This document shows, one piece after another, positions 28,176 to 36,151 of a stretch of DNA of 37,170 bases. Each line of letters starts with the position of its first letter. The first letter of the stretch is position 1. A program made the translations under genes and the position numbers. Source of the stretch: a virus (taxonomy: Duplodnaviria; Caudoviricetes); the IMG/VR virus record IMGVR_UViG_3300043443_000429, positions 1 to 37,170 of that record; one strand, given 5' to 3'. The notes under the pieces were generated by a model. The model was not told where the DNA came from, ran no database searches, and saw only the letters and a program-made list of their open reading frames with translations.

Positions 28176-30286
28176 CGAAACATTGAATTTTTAGACTTTG
28201 TAAAGATACCTTTTGATCTGCCAAAATGATTTACTTTTACTGGAGATTTTTTTACATTCTTATAAAGCTCTTCTGTACGGTTATCACTAGGTATTACAGA
28301 TCTACTCATACCATCTGAATATGCTAAGGTAATACCATAAGCTCTAATTCTGTCAAAGTTTCCTCCCTTCCTGTAGTACAACATTTCTTTTAATAGCATT
28401 ACATCTTTAATTCTTTCAATACCATATCTTACTTTTGATATAGTTGCATCCTCATTATAATCCTTACCTATTTCTTCTTGAGAGTATTTAATTAACGTAT
28501 TGTCAAAAAATTCAATATTCTTAGGAGTTGCTCTAACACCATAATCTGTTTTAACAGAAGTGTTTGGTGCAACATCTTTAATCCACCCTGGGGTTTTACC
28601 AAGATATTGATGTAAGTTATAACGTAGCATGTATTGAATAAAATCTTGTACGTCATTTTCAATTAAAGCTGTAGCATTATAAAACTTCAAAAGTTTAACT
28701 ACAGTGTCGTACCAAATCTCCAATGACTCTGGTCTACCAGTGTAGCAGGCAACCATCTCATCTTTGTATTGATCATTAATATCAATGATTTGTTTATGAA
28801 TATATACACTACCTAATGAGTCAGAGTATTTTGAGTTGTCAAATTTATAAGGGTCAATACCAGCAACATATAATCCATAAGGTGGATTCTCTACTGGGAA
28901 TTCAAATATTTGAACCACCCCATCTTTATATGAATCCTCTCTTACAGGAAAATCTGAAACAGGTGGTTTATCACTTACAATCCATTCTACATCTCCTTCA
29001 TCATCATAAACTAAATCTACATTAGTACTTAATCCACCTGTAGATTCTAAGAATTGAAGATGTTTTTTAATAAGGTGTGTAGGGAATTTGTTGACCTCTC
29101 GAACTTGAAAGGCTTCATCAAGTGATAGTGGTTCTTGTGTGATGGCGAGAACATAATCTTTTGGAGATTTTTTCTTAGCCAATTCTCTCTTCTCTTTAAT
29201 ACGTTTAGTTGCACCAGAAACATTGGAGTTTCCTTCCTCGTCAATATACCCCTTGTAGGACCAAGAAGCAGGGTGGAAGAATCCACACGTAGTATTTTGT
29301 TTTCCCTCGTCAAAAAGGTTTTTAAATTCTGCAAATCCATATTCTTTTGGTTGATAACAAATCTTCTCAAGATCTGCACAGTCTTTCATTTCACCCACAG
29401 ATCCAGTAGCAATAATTTGACCAGTGGTGTAATCACCATCCATACATGCTGGTCTCACGTATTCGATGGTTTTTAAAAGTGTAGGAGCAAGTCCAGGTTC
29501 TTCATAGAAGAATAATGATACAGCACCCCCTACCCCTTTTGATGGATTATCTTTTAGTGTAACTTTATGTAGTTCAGACATATAGCCCTCCCAGTTCACT
29601 TTACCATAATCATCCTTCTCTTGGAACTGAGCTTTCCAGAAATCTTTAGTATAGGGGTTTTTATTTTTATGCCAAGGTGTATTTTTATCTAAATGCCTCG
29701 CATTTGTTTCTATCATCTCCCACGTTTTGTCAGCTTTATCACCAACATATGCGCCAATATAAGAAATAGAATAAGGCTCAAAATAAAACTTCTTAGTAAT
29801 AAGGGCACCATTCTTAAGTGAGTAACCACGCTGACGAGCCTTCGTACCACCAAAGTGTAACCCTCGAATTTTAGCTTTCTCAACTTCAATAAAATAGTAT
29901 GCATCACTATCCCAGAAATCAGGGGCTACTGATTTTCTTTGTTGTTTATTGTAAATGAGAGAATAGTTAAGATAGTAGTACATATCACCACAGATGAAAT
30001 GACCATCCGAGTTAACCATCCCATTATGGATTTTGTACTCTTCTTCATCCCAAAACTGTTCGTATGCAGGAGAACCATATACGTATGGGCAATATGTTCC
30101 ATATTCTAAAAAATAATTAATTGCTTCTTTAAACTCGTTGGTCTTAGACCAAATATATTTACCTGGTGTATAATCTGTATCAAAATACTTTGAGAGCAAA
30201 GGGTATTTGCTCTCATCAGTACAGGGGTCTATATCTTCCTTATATATTTGCATTTTATTTTTTTGGTCGCTCTCTATTAGATACAA
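28172..30286 (-). CDS. terL: Terminase large subunit
   Basis: Walker A-like KARQRGYS, Walker B FFYEEPG, coupling motif TGS, nuclease motifs AGIDPY and GNFDR. Confidence 0.95.
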   Translation of the reverse strand: MYLIESDQKNKMQIYKEDIDPCTDESKYPLLSKYFDTDYTPGKYIWSKTNEFKEAINYFLEYGTYCPYVYGSPAYEQFWDEEEYKIHNGMVNSDGHFICGDMYYYLNYSLIYNKQQRKSVAPDFWDSDAYYFIEVEKAKIRGLHFGGTKARQRGYSLKNGALITKKFYFEPYSISYIGAYVGDKADKTWEMIETNARHLDKNTPWHKNKNPYTKDFWKAQFQEKDDYGKVNWEGYMSELHKVTLKDNPSKGVGGAVSLFFYEEPGLAPTLLKTIEYVRPACMDGDYTTGQIIATGSVGEMKDCADLEKICYQPKEYGFAEFKNLFDEGKQNTTCGFFHPASWSYKGYIDEEGNSNVSGATKRIKEKRELAKKKSPKDYVLAITQEPLSLDEAFQVREVNKFPTHLIKKHLQFLESTGGLSTNVDLVYDDEGDVEWIVSDKPPVSDFPVREDSYKDGVVQIFEFPVENPPYGLYVAGIDPYKFDNSKYSDSLGSVYIHKQIIDINDQYKDEMVACYTGRPESLEIWYDTVVKLLKFYNATALIENDVQDFIQYMLRYNLHQYLGKTPGWIKDVAPNTSVKTDYGVRATPKNIEFFDNTLIKYSQEEIGKDYNEDATISKVRYGIERIKDVMLLKEMLYYRKGGNFDRIRAYGITLAYSDGMSRSVIPSDNRTEELYKNVKKSPVKVNHFGRSKGIFTKSKNSMFR

Positions 30287-30788
30287 ATCTATTACCTCTT
30301 ACTTGAGATTGTGCAATCTCTTGTTCTACTACATCTTTTAGATCCTTTAAAGATTTAACAGCACTACCAAGTGATGCCAAGTTCTTCATGGCATTAGTTG
30401 CCTTTTTGTCAGAATCACTATCCTCATCAAAAGCATTAAACTGGACATCAGTGAAATATTCAGCCAATTTGTCTACTAGTTTAAATGCACTTTGATACAA
30501 CCTCATAGATGGTGTTTCTTGTAGTTGATCGTACTTCTTAATAGCTGCTAAGATAAGGGGATCATCTGTACTGAACAAATCATTTGGACAGAAATCTTTT
30601 AGGCATTGCACCTTTCTATCTACATCAGATAAGTTATTGTAGCCAAGTGCTTTAAAATCAACTAGATGATAAATATAAGCAAAGACAAATAATGATTTAT
30701 CTTTCCATTTATCATGAATCTTCTTATACTCTGGTACTAACAGGATTTCTTGATCAATACTAACCTGTCCTTTATTTACGTGAAACAT
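30255..30788 (-). CDS. Conserved protein upstream of terL; putative terminase small subunit
   Basis: 177 aa, helical; AIKKYDQLQETPSMRLY and a C-terminal VRG motif; overlaps terL. Confidence 0.55.
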   Translation of the reverse strand: MFHVNKGQVSIDQEILLVPEYKKIHDKWKDKSLFVFAYIYHLVDFKALGYNNLSDVDRKVQCLKDFCPNDLFSTDDPLILAAIKKYDQLQETPSMRLYQSAFKLVDKLAEYFTDVQFNAFDEDSDSDKKATNAMKNLASLGSAVKSLKDLKDVVEQEIAQSQVRGNRFVSNRERPKK

Positions 30789-30791
30789 ATT

Positions 30792-31013
30792 TTAATATTC
30801 GTCTAAATCTCCCCACTCTTCTGGGTCATCTAATCCTCCTGAGAAGGATAATCCTTCTTCATATTTTTGAAGTGCCTCGTATAACATTTCATCGCTATAC
30901 TTCATTAATGGCTCCTCATCAGTGGCTAGAGCAATATGTCTAGCAATTGGATACTCTGGATAGTACTGCATTAAATTCTGGAGTATTTGTAAAATTTCGT
31001 ATTGTGTATCCAT
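30792..31013 (-). CDS. Small acidic hypothetical protein
   Basis: 73 aa; TAATG overlap with the upstream gene. Confidence 0.6.
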   Translation of the reverse strand: MDTQYEILQILQNLMQYYPEYPIARHIALATDEEPLMKYSDEMLYEALQKYEEGLSFSGGLDDPEEWGDLDEY

Positions 31014-31249
31014 TATCTATAGGATTTAACTTTAGATGCTATTTTTTTAGGTTGAGCAACAAACTGTTTACCCTTAGCATTCCCTTTTGATTTTGCAGCA
31101 TTAGTTGCAGCTTTCTCACCAGGAGAGAGTGCCTTCCATGCAGCATCAGGTAAATACCTCTTCTTACCTTTAGAGGGTTTACCATCACTAGTCCGCCATT
31201 TCTGTGCAGTCCAGTTCTTAAGGGATTGTTGGGATTTAGCTAGTGCCAT
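31013..31249 (-). CDS. Basic protein resembling the C-terminal half of DUF5872-type proteins
   Basis: SQQSLKNWTAQKWRT...RYLPDAAWKALSPGEK..TN.AK..G...GKQFV. Confidence 0.7.
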   Translation of the reverse strand: MALAKSQQSLKNWTAQKWRTSDGKPSKGKKRYLPDAAWKALSPGEKAATNAAKSKGNAKGKQFVAQPKKIASKVKSYR

Positions 31250-31383
31250 TACTTCTTAGATTTTTTATGAGCAGAATTTTTCATAAGTTTACCATCAGGC
31301 ATTCTATGATAACCTTTAGGTATAGAACCTTGCTTCTTCATCGAGATAGCAATAGCAGCTTGTTGTTTTTTATTTTGTGCCAC
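31249..31383 (-). CDS. 44-aa basic microprotein (GTG start) AQNKKQQAAIAISMKKQGSIPKGYHRMPDGKLMKNSAHKKSKK
   Basis: Not in the ORF track. Fills the gap, with a TAATG overlap at its stop; the start codon is uncertain. Confidence 0.65.
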   Translation of the reverse strand: MAQNKKQQAAIAISMKKQGSIPKGYHRMPDGKLMKNSAHKKSKK

Positions 31384-31609
31384 CTTTTTTATTTTTAGGG
31401 TAGGAGTTTTCTTTATGCCACTTTTTAGTAGCTGCTACACCTTGCGCAACAGTTTTAGCTCCTGCTTTTTTAGTGAGGTTAATAGTATCCCATTTACCTT
31501 TATCTTTAGTAGGATGATTTACCATAATATCACCAGGTTTACCTTTACCAATATTATTAGTCTTTTTATAAACCTTATGTTTTTCACCACCAGCAGTTAC
31601 TTTTTTCAT
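31370..31609 (-). CDS. 79-aa basic protein (MKKVTAGGEKHKVYKK...)
   Basis: Start moved to ATG 31609, which overlaps the upstream TAA; GDIMVNHP...WDTINLT motif. Confidence 0.7.
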   Translation of the reverse strand: MKKVTAGGEKHKVYKKTNNIGKGKPGDIMVNHPTKDKGKWDTINLTKKAGAKTVAQGVAATKKWHKENSYPKNKKGGTK

Positions 31610-31794
31610 TATTTGTATCCTCCACCTTTGGATTTGTATTCTTTTGCAAGCAATTGAGCTTTGCGTGCTGACCATTCTCCAGGATCTCCTCCTTTTGAAC
31701 CAGCTTTAATTTTATTAAACAAGCTTTTCCTCATACTAGGTTTAGTATAATTTCCAGCTGCGTTTACTTTTGATTTAGATTTTTTTAGTGCCAT
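31609..31794 (-). CDS. Basic protein resembling the N-terminal half of DUF5872-type proteins
   Basis: Start moved to MALKK (31794); YTKPSMRKSLFNKIKAGSKGGDPGEWSARKAQLLAKEYKSKGGGY. Confidence 0.75.
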   Translation of the reverse strand: MALKKSKSKVNAAGNYTKPSMRKSLFNKIKAGSKGGDPGEWSARKAQLLAKEYKSKGGGYK

Positions 31795-32077
31795 CGAGTT
31801 TCTGTTGAAACATTTTCTTATGAAACAAATAAGCCCACACAAATACTAGTGTAAGCCCAAGATTTAATATCAATTGAGAGAAGTGTGGTGTATCCAAGGT
31901 AAACATATTATACAATGTCCCTAAGATAATACCAATGATTCCAAACTTTAAAGTCCAATGCCGAATAAAAGACCACCTATGTACAATTTTATCATTATCA
32001 CCATACAAGTATAAATAGAACATTGTGAGGCATCCACCTAAAATTAGATTGCAGATAAAATTAATAACTGTGATCAT
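31775..32077 (-). CDS. Membrane protein with about 3 TM segments (holin/antiholin candidate)
   Basis: Three hydrophobic segments; ATGA overlap with the holin-like gene. Confidence 0.55.
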   Translation of the reverse strand: MITVINFICNLILGGCLTMFYLYLYGDNDKIVHRWSFIRHWTLKFGIIGIILGTLYNMFTLDTPHFSQLILNLGLTLVFVWAYLFHKKMFQQKLDGTKKI

Positions 32078-32358
32078 TTTTCGTGCTTCTTTAAATATGT
32101 TGCAGCTAAACTTTCAACTCCCTTCAAACCAAAATACCCCAACAAAAATGCTACACCATATTGACTTTTTCCTTCTAATCCTAGTAAATCTACAGCAATT
32201 TGTGTGAGATAATTAGCAGAGAGTGTTCCAGTGGCAATACCAAGAAGAGAGGCTTTCCAGTTTTTAGCAGATTGCCTACTTACCATAATCAAAGAACCAA
32301 ACATGCCAGTTATCATCAAAGTGATATCAATACCAAAATTAGCAAGAAATGTTTTCAT
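32074..32358 (-). CDS. Holin-like membrane protein
   Basis: 94 aa, Gly-rich TM segments (GMFGSL, AFLLGYFGLKGVE), basic C-terminus, near the endolysin. Confidence 0.65.
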   Translation of the reverse strand: MKTFLANFGIDITLMITGMFGSLIMVSRQSAKNWKASLLGIATGTLSANYLTQIAVDLLGLEGKSQYGVAFLLGYFGLKGVESLAATYLKKHEK

Positions 32359-32513
32359 CCTTTTACTTTTTTAAGGTTGGGATTAGCTTTCTTTGCAGCA
32401 GGAGAGGCTTTTCTAGTTGCAGAAGCAAGAATGGCACCAGCAGCTTTCTTGCTGATGCCTTGCTTCTTTGCGATAGATGCCTGAACTGCTTTGAATCCAG
32501 GGTGCTTTTTCAT
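32355..32513 (-). CDS. 52-aa Lys/Ala-rich microprotein MKKHPGFKAVQASIAKKQGISKKAAGAILASATRKASPAAKKANPNLKKVKG
   Basis: Not in the ORF track. ATGA overlap with the holin; no acidic residues. Confidence 0.75.
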   Translation of the reverse strand: MKKHPGFKAVQASIAKKQGISKKAAGAILASATRKASPAAKKANPNLKKVKG

Positions 32514-32515
32514 GA

Positions 32516-32656
32516 TTAGCAGCTCTTCATTGACTTGCCACCCTTACGGTAAGTAGACTTGCCACCTTTTTTCATCATTGGAGCAGCAGCCATTTTAGAT
32601 CCCATCATAGCTTTCTTAGCTGGCATCATTTTTTTGGAAGTAGGTTTCTTCATCAT
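32516..32656 (-). CDS. 46-aa Met/Lys-rich microprotein MMKKPTSKKMMPAKKAMMGSKMAAAPMMKKGGKSTYRKGGKSMKSC
   Basis: Not in the ORF track. AT-rich leader; its stop lies 2 nt before the next ATG; two KGGKS repeats. Confidence 0.75.
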   Translation of the reverse strand: MMKKPTSKKMMPAKKAMMGSKMAAAPMMKKGGKSTYRKGGKSMKSC

Positions 32657-32683
32657 TGTATTAAAAGTTTAAATTGTTTAGAG

Positions 32684-32953
32684 TTAGCAATTCCATTTTC
32701 TCAATGCTAAAGCCTTTCTAGTTGGTTCACCATTAGGCTTCTTCATTGGACCTTTAACACCAGACATTCTAGCACAGAAAGACTTTCTTCTATTAGCATC
32801 TTTGCTACCAGGTTTCAATTTAGAAGGAGGAGTAGTGACAGCCATTTTAAGTTTGCTACCAGGATTAGCTGCTCTATAAGAAGCCACCCCTTTCTTATTT
32901 AATCCACCTGAAGCAGATTTACCTTCCTTACGTGTCCATGCTGGAGTTTTCAT
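32684..32953 (-). CDS. DUF6321-like basic protein
   Basis: AWTRKEGK..SGGLN.KG.ASY...NPGS.LK...RRKSFCARMSG...ALRKWNC. Confidence 0.75.
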   Translation of the reverse strand: MKTPAWTRKEGKSASGGLNKKGVASYRAANPGSKLKMAVTTPPSKLKPGSKDANRRKSFCARMSGVKGPMKKPNGEPTRKALALRKWNC

Positions 32954-32963
32954 TAGAATTATA

Positions 32964-33287
32964 TTAATCCTCCAAAACTAGAGAGATATTGTGAGCATTA
33001 GTCATAATGTATGATAGTTCTTTGTCACCATCTTTGATGGTAAATGGCTTGATATACATGTTATCACTCAATCTTACTTTAGCCCCAGGAACTACACCAG
33101 GATAACCATTAGCAGATACAATTGGTCCTACAGCAAATACTGTATACAATCCAGAGTGTTCTTTGTAAAACTCTTGAACCATATTCTCTTTAACAGAGGC
33201 AGATAATTCAATTGGTGAGCTAGCCATTTTTTTCATGAACTCAGGTTGTTCAAGAATGACAATGTCATTTTGTGGAATTACTTTCAT
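32964..33287 (-). CDS. GroES-like co-chaperonin
   Basis: MKVIPQNDIVILE, a mobile loop around IEL, VFAVGP, VVPGAKV and a C-terminal YIM...NISLVL fit the GroES pattern. Confidence 0.65.
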   Translation of the reverse strand: MKVIPQNDIVILEQPEFMKKMASSPIELSASVKENMVQEFYKEHSGLYTVFAVGPIVSANGYPGVVPGAKVRLSDNMYIKPFTIKDGDKELSYIMTNAHNISLVLED

Positions 33288-33453
33288 AATCTTTTATTAA
33301 ATTTTGTTTTTTAAGTTTTTTAATCAATGCTTTAGTAGGTACATCTGCATTAGTAACAGTGAACCCTTTAATACCAAGTGAGAGGATATTGATCAGTTGC
33401 TCTACATCTTGGATCTCATGCCAGTTAATTAGATATGATTCGTCTTTCTTCAT
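33265..33453 (-). CDS. Hypothetical protein
   Basis: 62 aa; ATGA overlap with the endolysin. Confidence 0.55.
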   Translation of the reverse strand: MKKDESYLINWHEIQDVEQLINILSLGIKGFTVTNADVPTKALIKKLKKQNLIKDYESNSTK

Positions 33454-33917
33454 GAACCAATCTCAAAGTGCATCCAATCATAATTTTTCTCTCTACCTAA
33501 AGATACAAATCCATGCTTATAGAAAATATCAATCATTGGTTTGTAGGCAGGTTTAGCAAACTGAGCTGTTTTAGATGTAGCTTTCAATGCATTACGTGCT
33601 GGATCTAAGTCAATAGCAATCCCCCAGGAGTGACGAGAGTAGTCAGAACCACCCCTCATCTTACGGAAAGAGAAGCATCCACCAAATAGATCAATACCTA
33701 AGCGTTGAATTTCAGCAAGACCATAGTGTGCTAGAATATCTTGAAATACAGCTGTAAACTTAGATGCAAGTAATTTATGTACCCTCATCTTAGTAACAGT
33801 GGTTTTAGTATCCCAAGCTAAACGTAGTGGAAATGGTAATTGGATAGTAACTAAGTAATCTGAACCATCCTCATCTGGAGAGCCATACTTAGCAATAATT
33901 TCATTTGTAGTTAACAT
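33450..33917 (-). CDS. Endolysin, peptidase M15 family (L-Ala-D-Glu type)
   Basis: FRKMRGG..SRHSWGIAIDLD (SxHxxGxAxD) and DWMHFE zinc ligands; start MLTTNEII follows the upstream stop. Confidence 0.88.
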   Translation of the reverse strand: MLTTNEIIAKYGSPDEDGSDYLVTIQLPFPLRLAWDTKTTVTKMRVHKLLASKFTAVFQDILAHYGLAEIQRLGIDLFGGCFSFRKMRGGSDYSRHSWGIAIDLDPARNALKATSKTAQFAKPAYKPMIDIFYKHGFVSLGREKNYDWMHFEIGS

Positions 33918-33919
33918 AG

Positions 33920-34195
33920 TTATAAATTTACAGGTTTCCAATAAGAGCCAGGACATTCACAGTCCATACATAGCACCTTCTTATCTACGTAGCAACCACA
34001 ACCTTTGAATCTTTGTCCATCTACAGAAATCCCTGTTTTCTCTGGATCACAGATATCATCAGTTCTAATCTTACAACCATTACAAATTAACATTCGGTTA
34101 GTTGCTACATTTTTCTTATCCTCTGGAAGAAGATTAAGTTTATCTAGGAAGTGATTCCCCCATCCCTGGGCTATCTGAAGAATGTTTAATTTCAT
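33920..34195 (-). CDS. Cys-rich (zinc-finger-like) conserved crAss-type protein
   Basis: RM.ICNGC...C...GCGCY..KK.LC..CECP..YW. Confidence 0.65.
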   Translation of the reverse strand: MKLNILQIAQGWGNHFLDKLNLLPEDKKNVATNRMLICNGCKIRTDDICDPEKTGISVDGQRFKGCGCYVDKKVLCMDCECPGSYWKPVNL

Positions 34196-34520
34196 CTTTC
34201 CAATATTTTTTATAAATTTCTAAAAACTCTTGTTCTTTCTCTAGCTGATAGTTGAAGATCTTCTTACCCTTCTCACTATCACTAATATGTGTGTAATCAT
34301 CCATGTGGATGTATTTCAACTTATTAAACATCCTCTTTAAGAATGTCTTACGGATTTCGAAGTTACCAAACTTTTTAATCCTAACCTTACTATACTCACA
34401 GTTAGATAAGATCTTATGGATATTCCTCCAATGAAACATAACGATCTCACGGACAATCTCCTCATCAATACCCACTCGTACAGCGGTCATTCTAATTATA
34501 ACATCAAACTCCTGAACCAT
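34140..34520 (-). CDS. HU/IHF-like DNA-binding protein
   Basis: Helical N-terminus followed by KVRIKKFGNFEIR (HU-type xIxxFGxF signature). Confidence 0.65.
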   Translation of the reverse strand: MVQEFDVIIRMTAVRVGIDEEIVREIVMFHWRNIHKILSNCEYSKVRIKKFGNFEIRKTFLKRMFNKLKYIHMDDYTHISDSEKGKKIFNYQLEKEQEFLEIYKKYWKDEIKHSSDSPGMGESLPR

Positions 34521-34863
34521 TTTTAATTCCTAAATTACATTTAATATCAATAAGTGATGTTTCATCACTCACTTTAATAGCTGGATTAATAGAATAAGTG
34601 TTTTTGATACAATACACTAACTTATACTTCTTCAGTTTGGTAAGTGTGTTTTTAAGTACCTGGTGTTTAAATCCAACTTTTTCAGCAACAACACCTAGTT
34701 TAGATGAATGATACTCTGAGTTGTTCAATTCTACTAATACATTTAACTCTCTATCTGAAAGTGTAATATCATTAAACCCAATCAGCAACAACTTAAAATA
34801 TCTGTACAACAATAAATCTTTATTCTCATACCCTCTTTTCCAAGAGATCAAACTTTTTTTCAT
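34504..34863 (-). CDS. Winged-helix DNA-binding protein
   Basis: LSDRELNVL...VAEKVG...LKNTLTKLKKYKLV...YSINP. Confidence 0.6.
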   Translation of the reverse strand: MKKSLISWKRGYENKDLLLYRYFKLLLIGFNDITLSDRELNVLVELNNSEYHSSKLGVVAEKVGFKHQVLKNTLTKLKKYKLVYCIKNTYSINPAIKVSDETSLIDIKCNLGIKNGSGV

Positions 34864-34867
34864 ATTA

Positions 34868-34875
34868 CAAATCTA
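34868..34875 (-). promoter_or_regulatory. -7 box TAGATTTG, 4 nt before ATG
   Basis: Exact TAnnTTTG, intergenic. Confidence 0.6.
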
Positions 34876-34927
34876 CTAAATTAACTCTAATAATTAAGGA
34901 GATCCTAAAATCCCCTTATCACAATTT

Positions 34928-35257
34928 TTAATGATAGCAATTATGTAGTGCAGACATAGTAGCAATGAAGTCATCTCTATCATGATCAATGGTGATCATA
35001 GATCTACCAGCCTTTTCAGTGTAGGTAAGATTGATGTATCCATCAGAGGTGAAAACAAATGCTTTAATATCATCAATAGAAACATACCCCTCAACAAAAG
35101 AGATTGTTTCTTTCTCAGCAGCAATGAATTCAGGATCAAGTGTAGGATCATAATCATCATTAAACTTATTCTCCTTACGTAGGTCCATTTCAAGTTTAGC
35201 TAACTCAATATCCTTATCAGGGTTAATGCCAGCAATTTTAGTCTTCAGGTAATTCAT
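34928..35257 (-). CDS. Hypothetical protein
   Basis: 109-aa ORF overlapping the upstream gene. Confidence 0.6.
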   Translation of the reverse strand: MNYLKTKIAGINPDKDIELAKLEMDLRKENKFNDDYDPTLDPEFIAAEKETISFVEGYVSIDDIKAFVFTSDGYINLTYTEKAGRSMITIDHDRDDFIATMSALHNCYH

Positions 35258-35492
35258 GATTCATTAATTTTAAAATTTCTTTAATATCCAGTTCAAGTAT
35301 AGCAGTGGTATATGTTGGTGCTAACTCTGGGTGGTGTAATATATCCAATTGTCCAAGAAAATAAGCTAGTGTCATTAGCCTATTAACAGTTGACTCTGGG
35401 GTGCATCTTCCTACTAACCTTGTATAAACAGTGGGAATTGTTAACAAGGAGAGTTTATCTAAGACAAACTCAATTTTACTTTCATGCGTCAT
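35238..35492 (-). CDS. Hypothetical protein
   Basis: 84 aa; ATGA overlap with phoH. Confidence 0.55.
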   Translation of the reverse strand: MTHESKIEFVLDKLSLLTIPTVYTRLVGRCTPESTVNRLMTLAYFLGQLDILHHPELAPTYTTAILELDIKEILKLMNHELPED

Positions 35493-36142
35493 TTGTAGTG
35501 TTCTAGAATTTGTTGGACAAAAGGATCACGATAATTTTGTTTTAGCTCAAAAGTACTGAAGTTAGATAGTTTTCCTTCTAATGTGAGTAATTTGTCAAAA
35601 CCACTCTTCTCTTTTGGTGGTAACAGCACTTGGTCAGTGTCACCTGTAAGGATAAGTTTACCATGTTTTCCCACCCTAGTAAGAAGTAGCTTCATTTGTT
35701 GTACGGTCATATTCTGTGCTTCATCAGCAATAGCCACATCATTAATCGTCACCCCTTGAATAAATGCTAGAGGTAGGATTTGGATAGCTTCCTTTTTTAG
35801 AAGCTCTTCAACCTTTTCCTTCTTAACAAGATCGTTCATATTCTGAAGGATTGGAATGAAGTAGTGAATCATTTTCTCTTTAACATCACCTGGTAAGAAT
35901 CCAATATTCTCTGATGTAACAGTGGGTCTAATGATAATGATTCTTTCCACCTGCTTTTTTAGTAGCATATCAAGTGCAGCATTAACAGCAACAAAAGATT
36001 TAGATGTACCAGCTTTACCATACAGAACAGTAACCTTATTATTATAGATTAACTGTTTAGCTTCTTTTTGTTCCTCTGTAAGTGTAGCATTAAGGGATTT
36101 GATTGGTTGCTTAGGACCTTCTGGTTTTGGAGTGTTGTTCAT
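35489..36142 (-). CDS. phoH: PhoH-family ATPase
   Basis: GKAGTSKS, RP, IGFLPGD, DEAQN, LTRVG and GDTDQ motifs. Confidence 0.92.
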   Translation of the reverse strand: MNNTPKPEGPKQPIKSLNATLTEEQKEAKQLIYNNKVTVLYGKAGTSKSFVAVNAALDMLLKKQVERIIIIRPTVTSENIGFLPGDVKEKMIHYFIPILQNMNDLVKKEKVEELLKKEAIQILPLAFIQGVTINDVAIADEAQNMTVQQMKLLLTRVGKHGKLILTGDTDQVLLPPKEKSGFDKLLTLEGKLSNFSTFELKQNYRDPFVQQILEHYK

Positions 36143-36151
36143 AAAATAATT

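Noticed and set aside
22523-30286. Introns or inteins in terL, portal or MCP (common in Crassvirales)
   Set aside because: The ORFs are continuous and of normal size, with no intein (C...HN) or homing-endonuclease motifs
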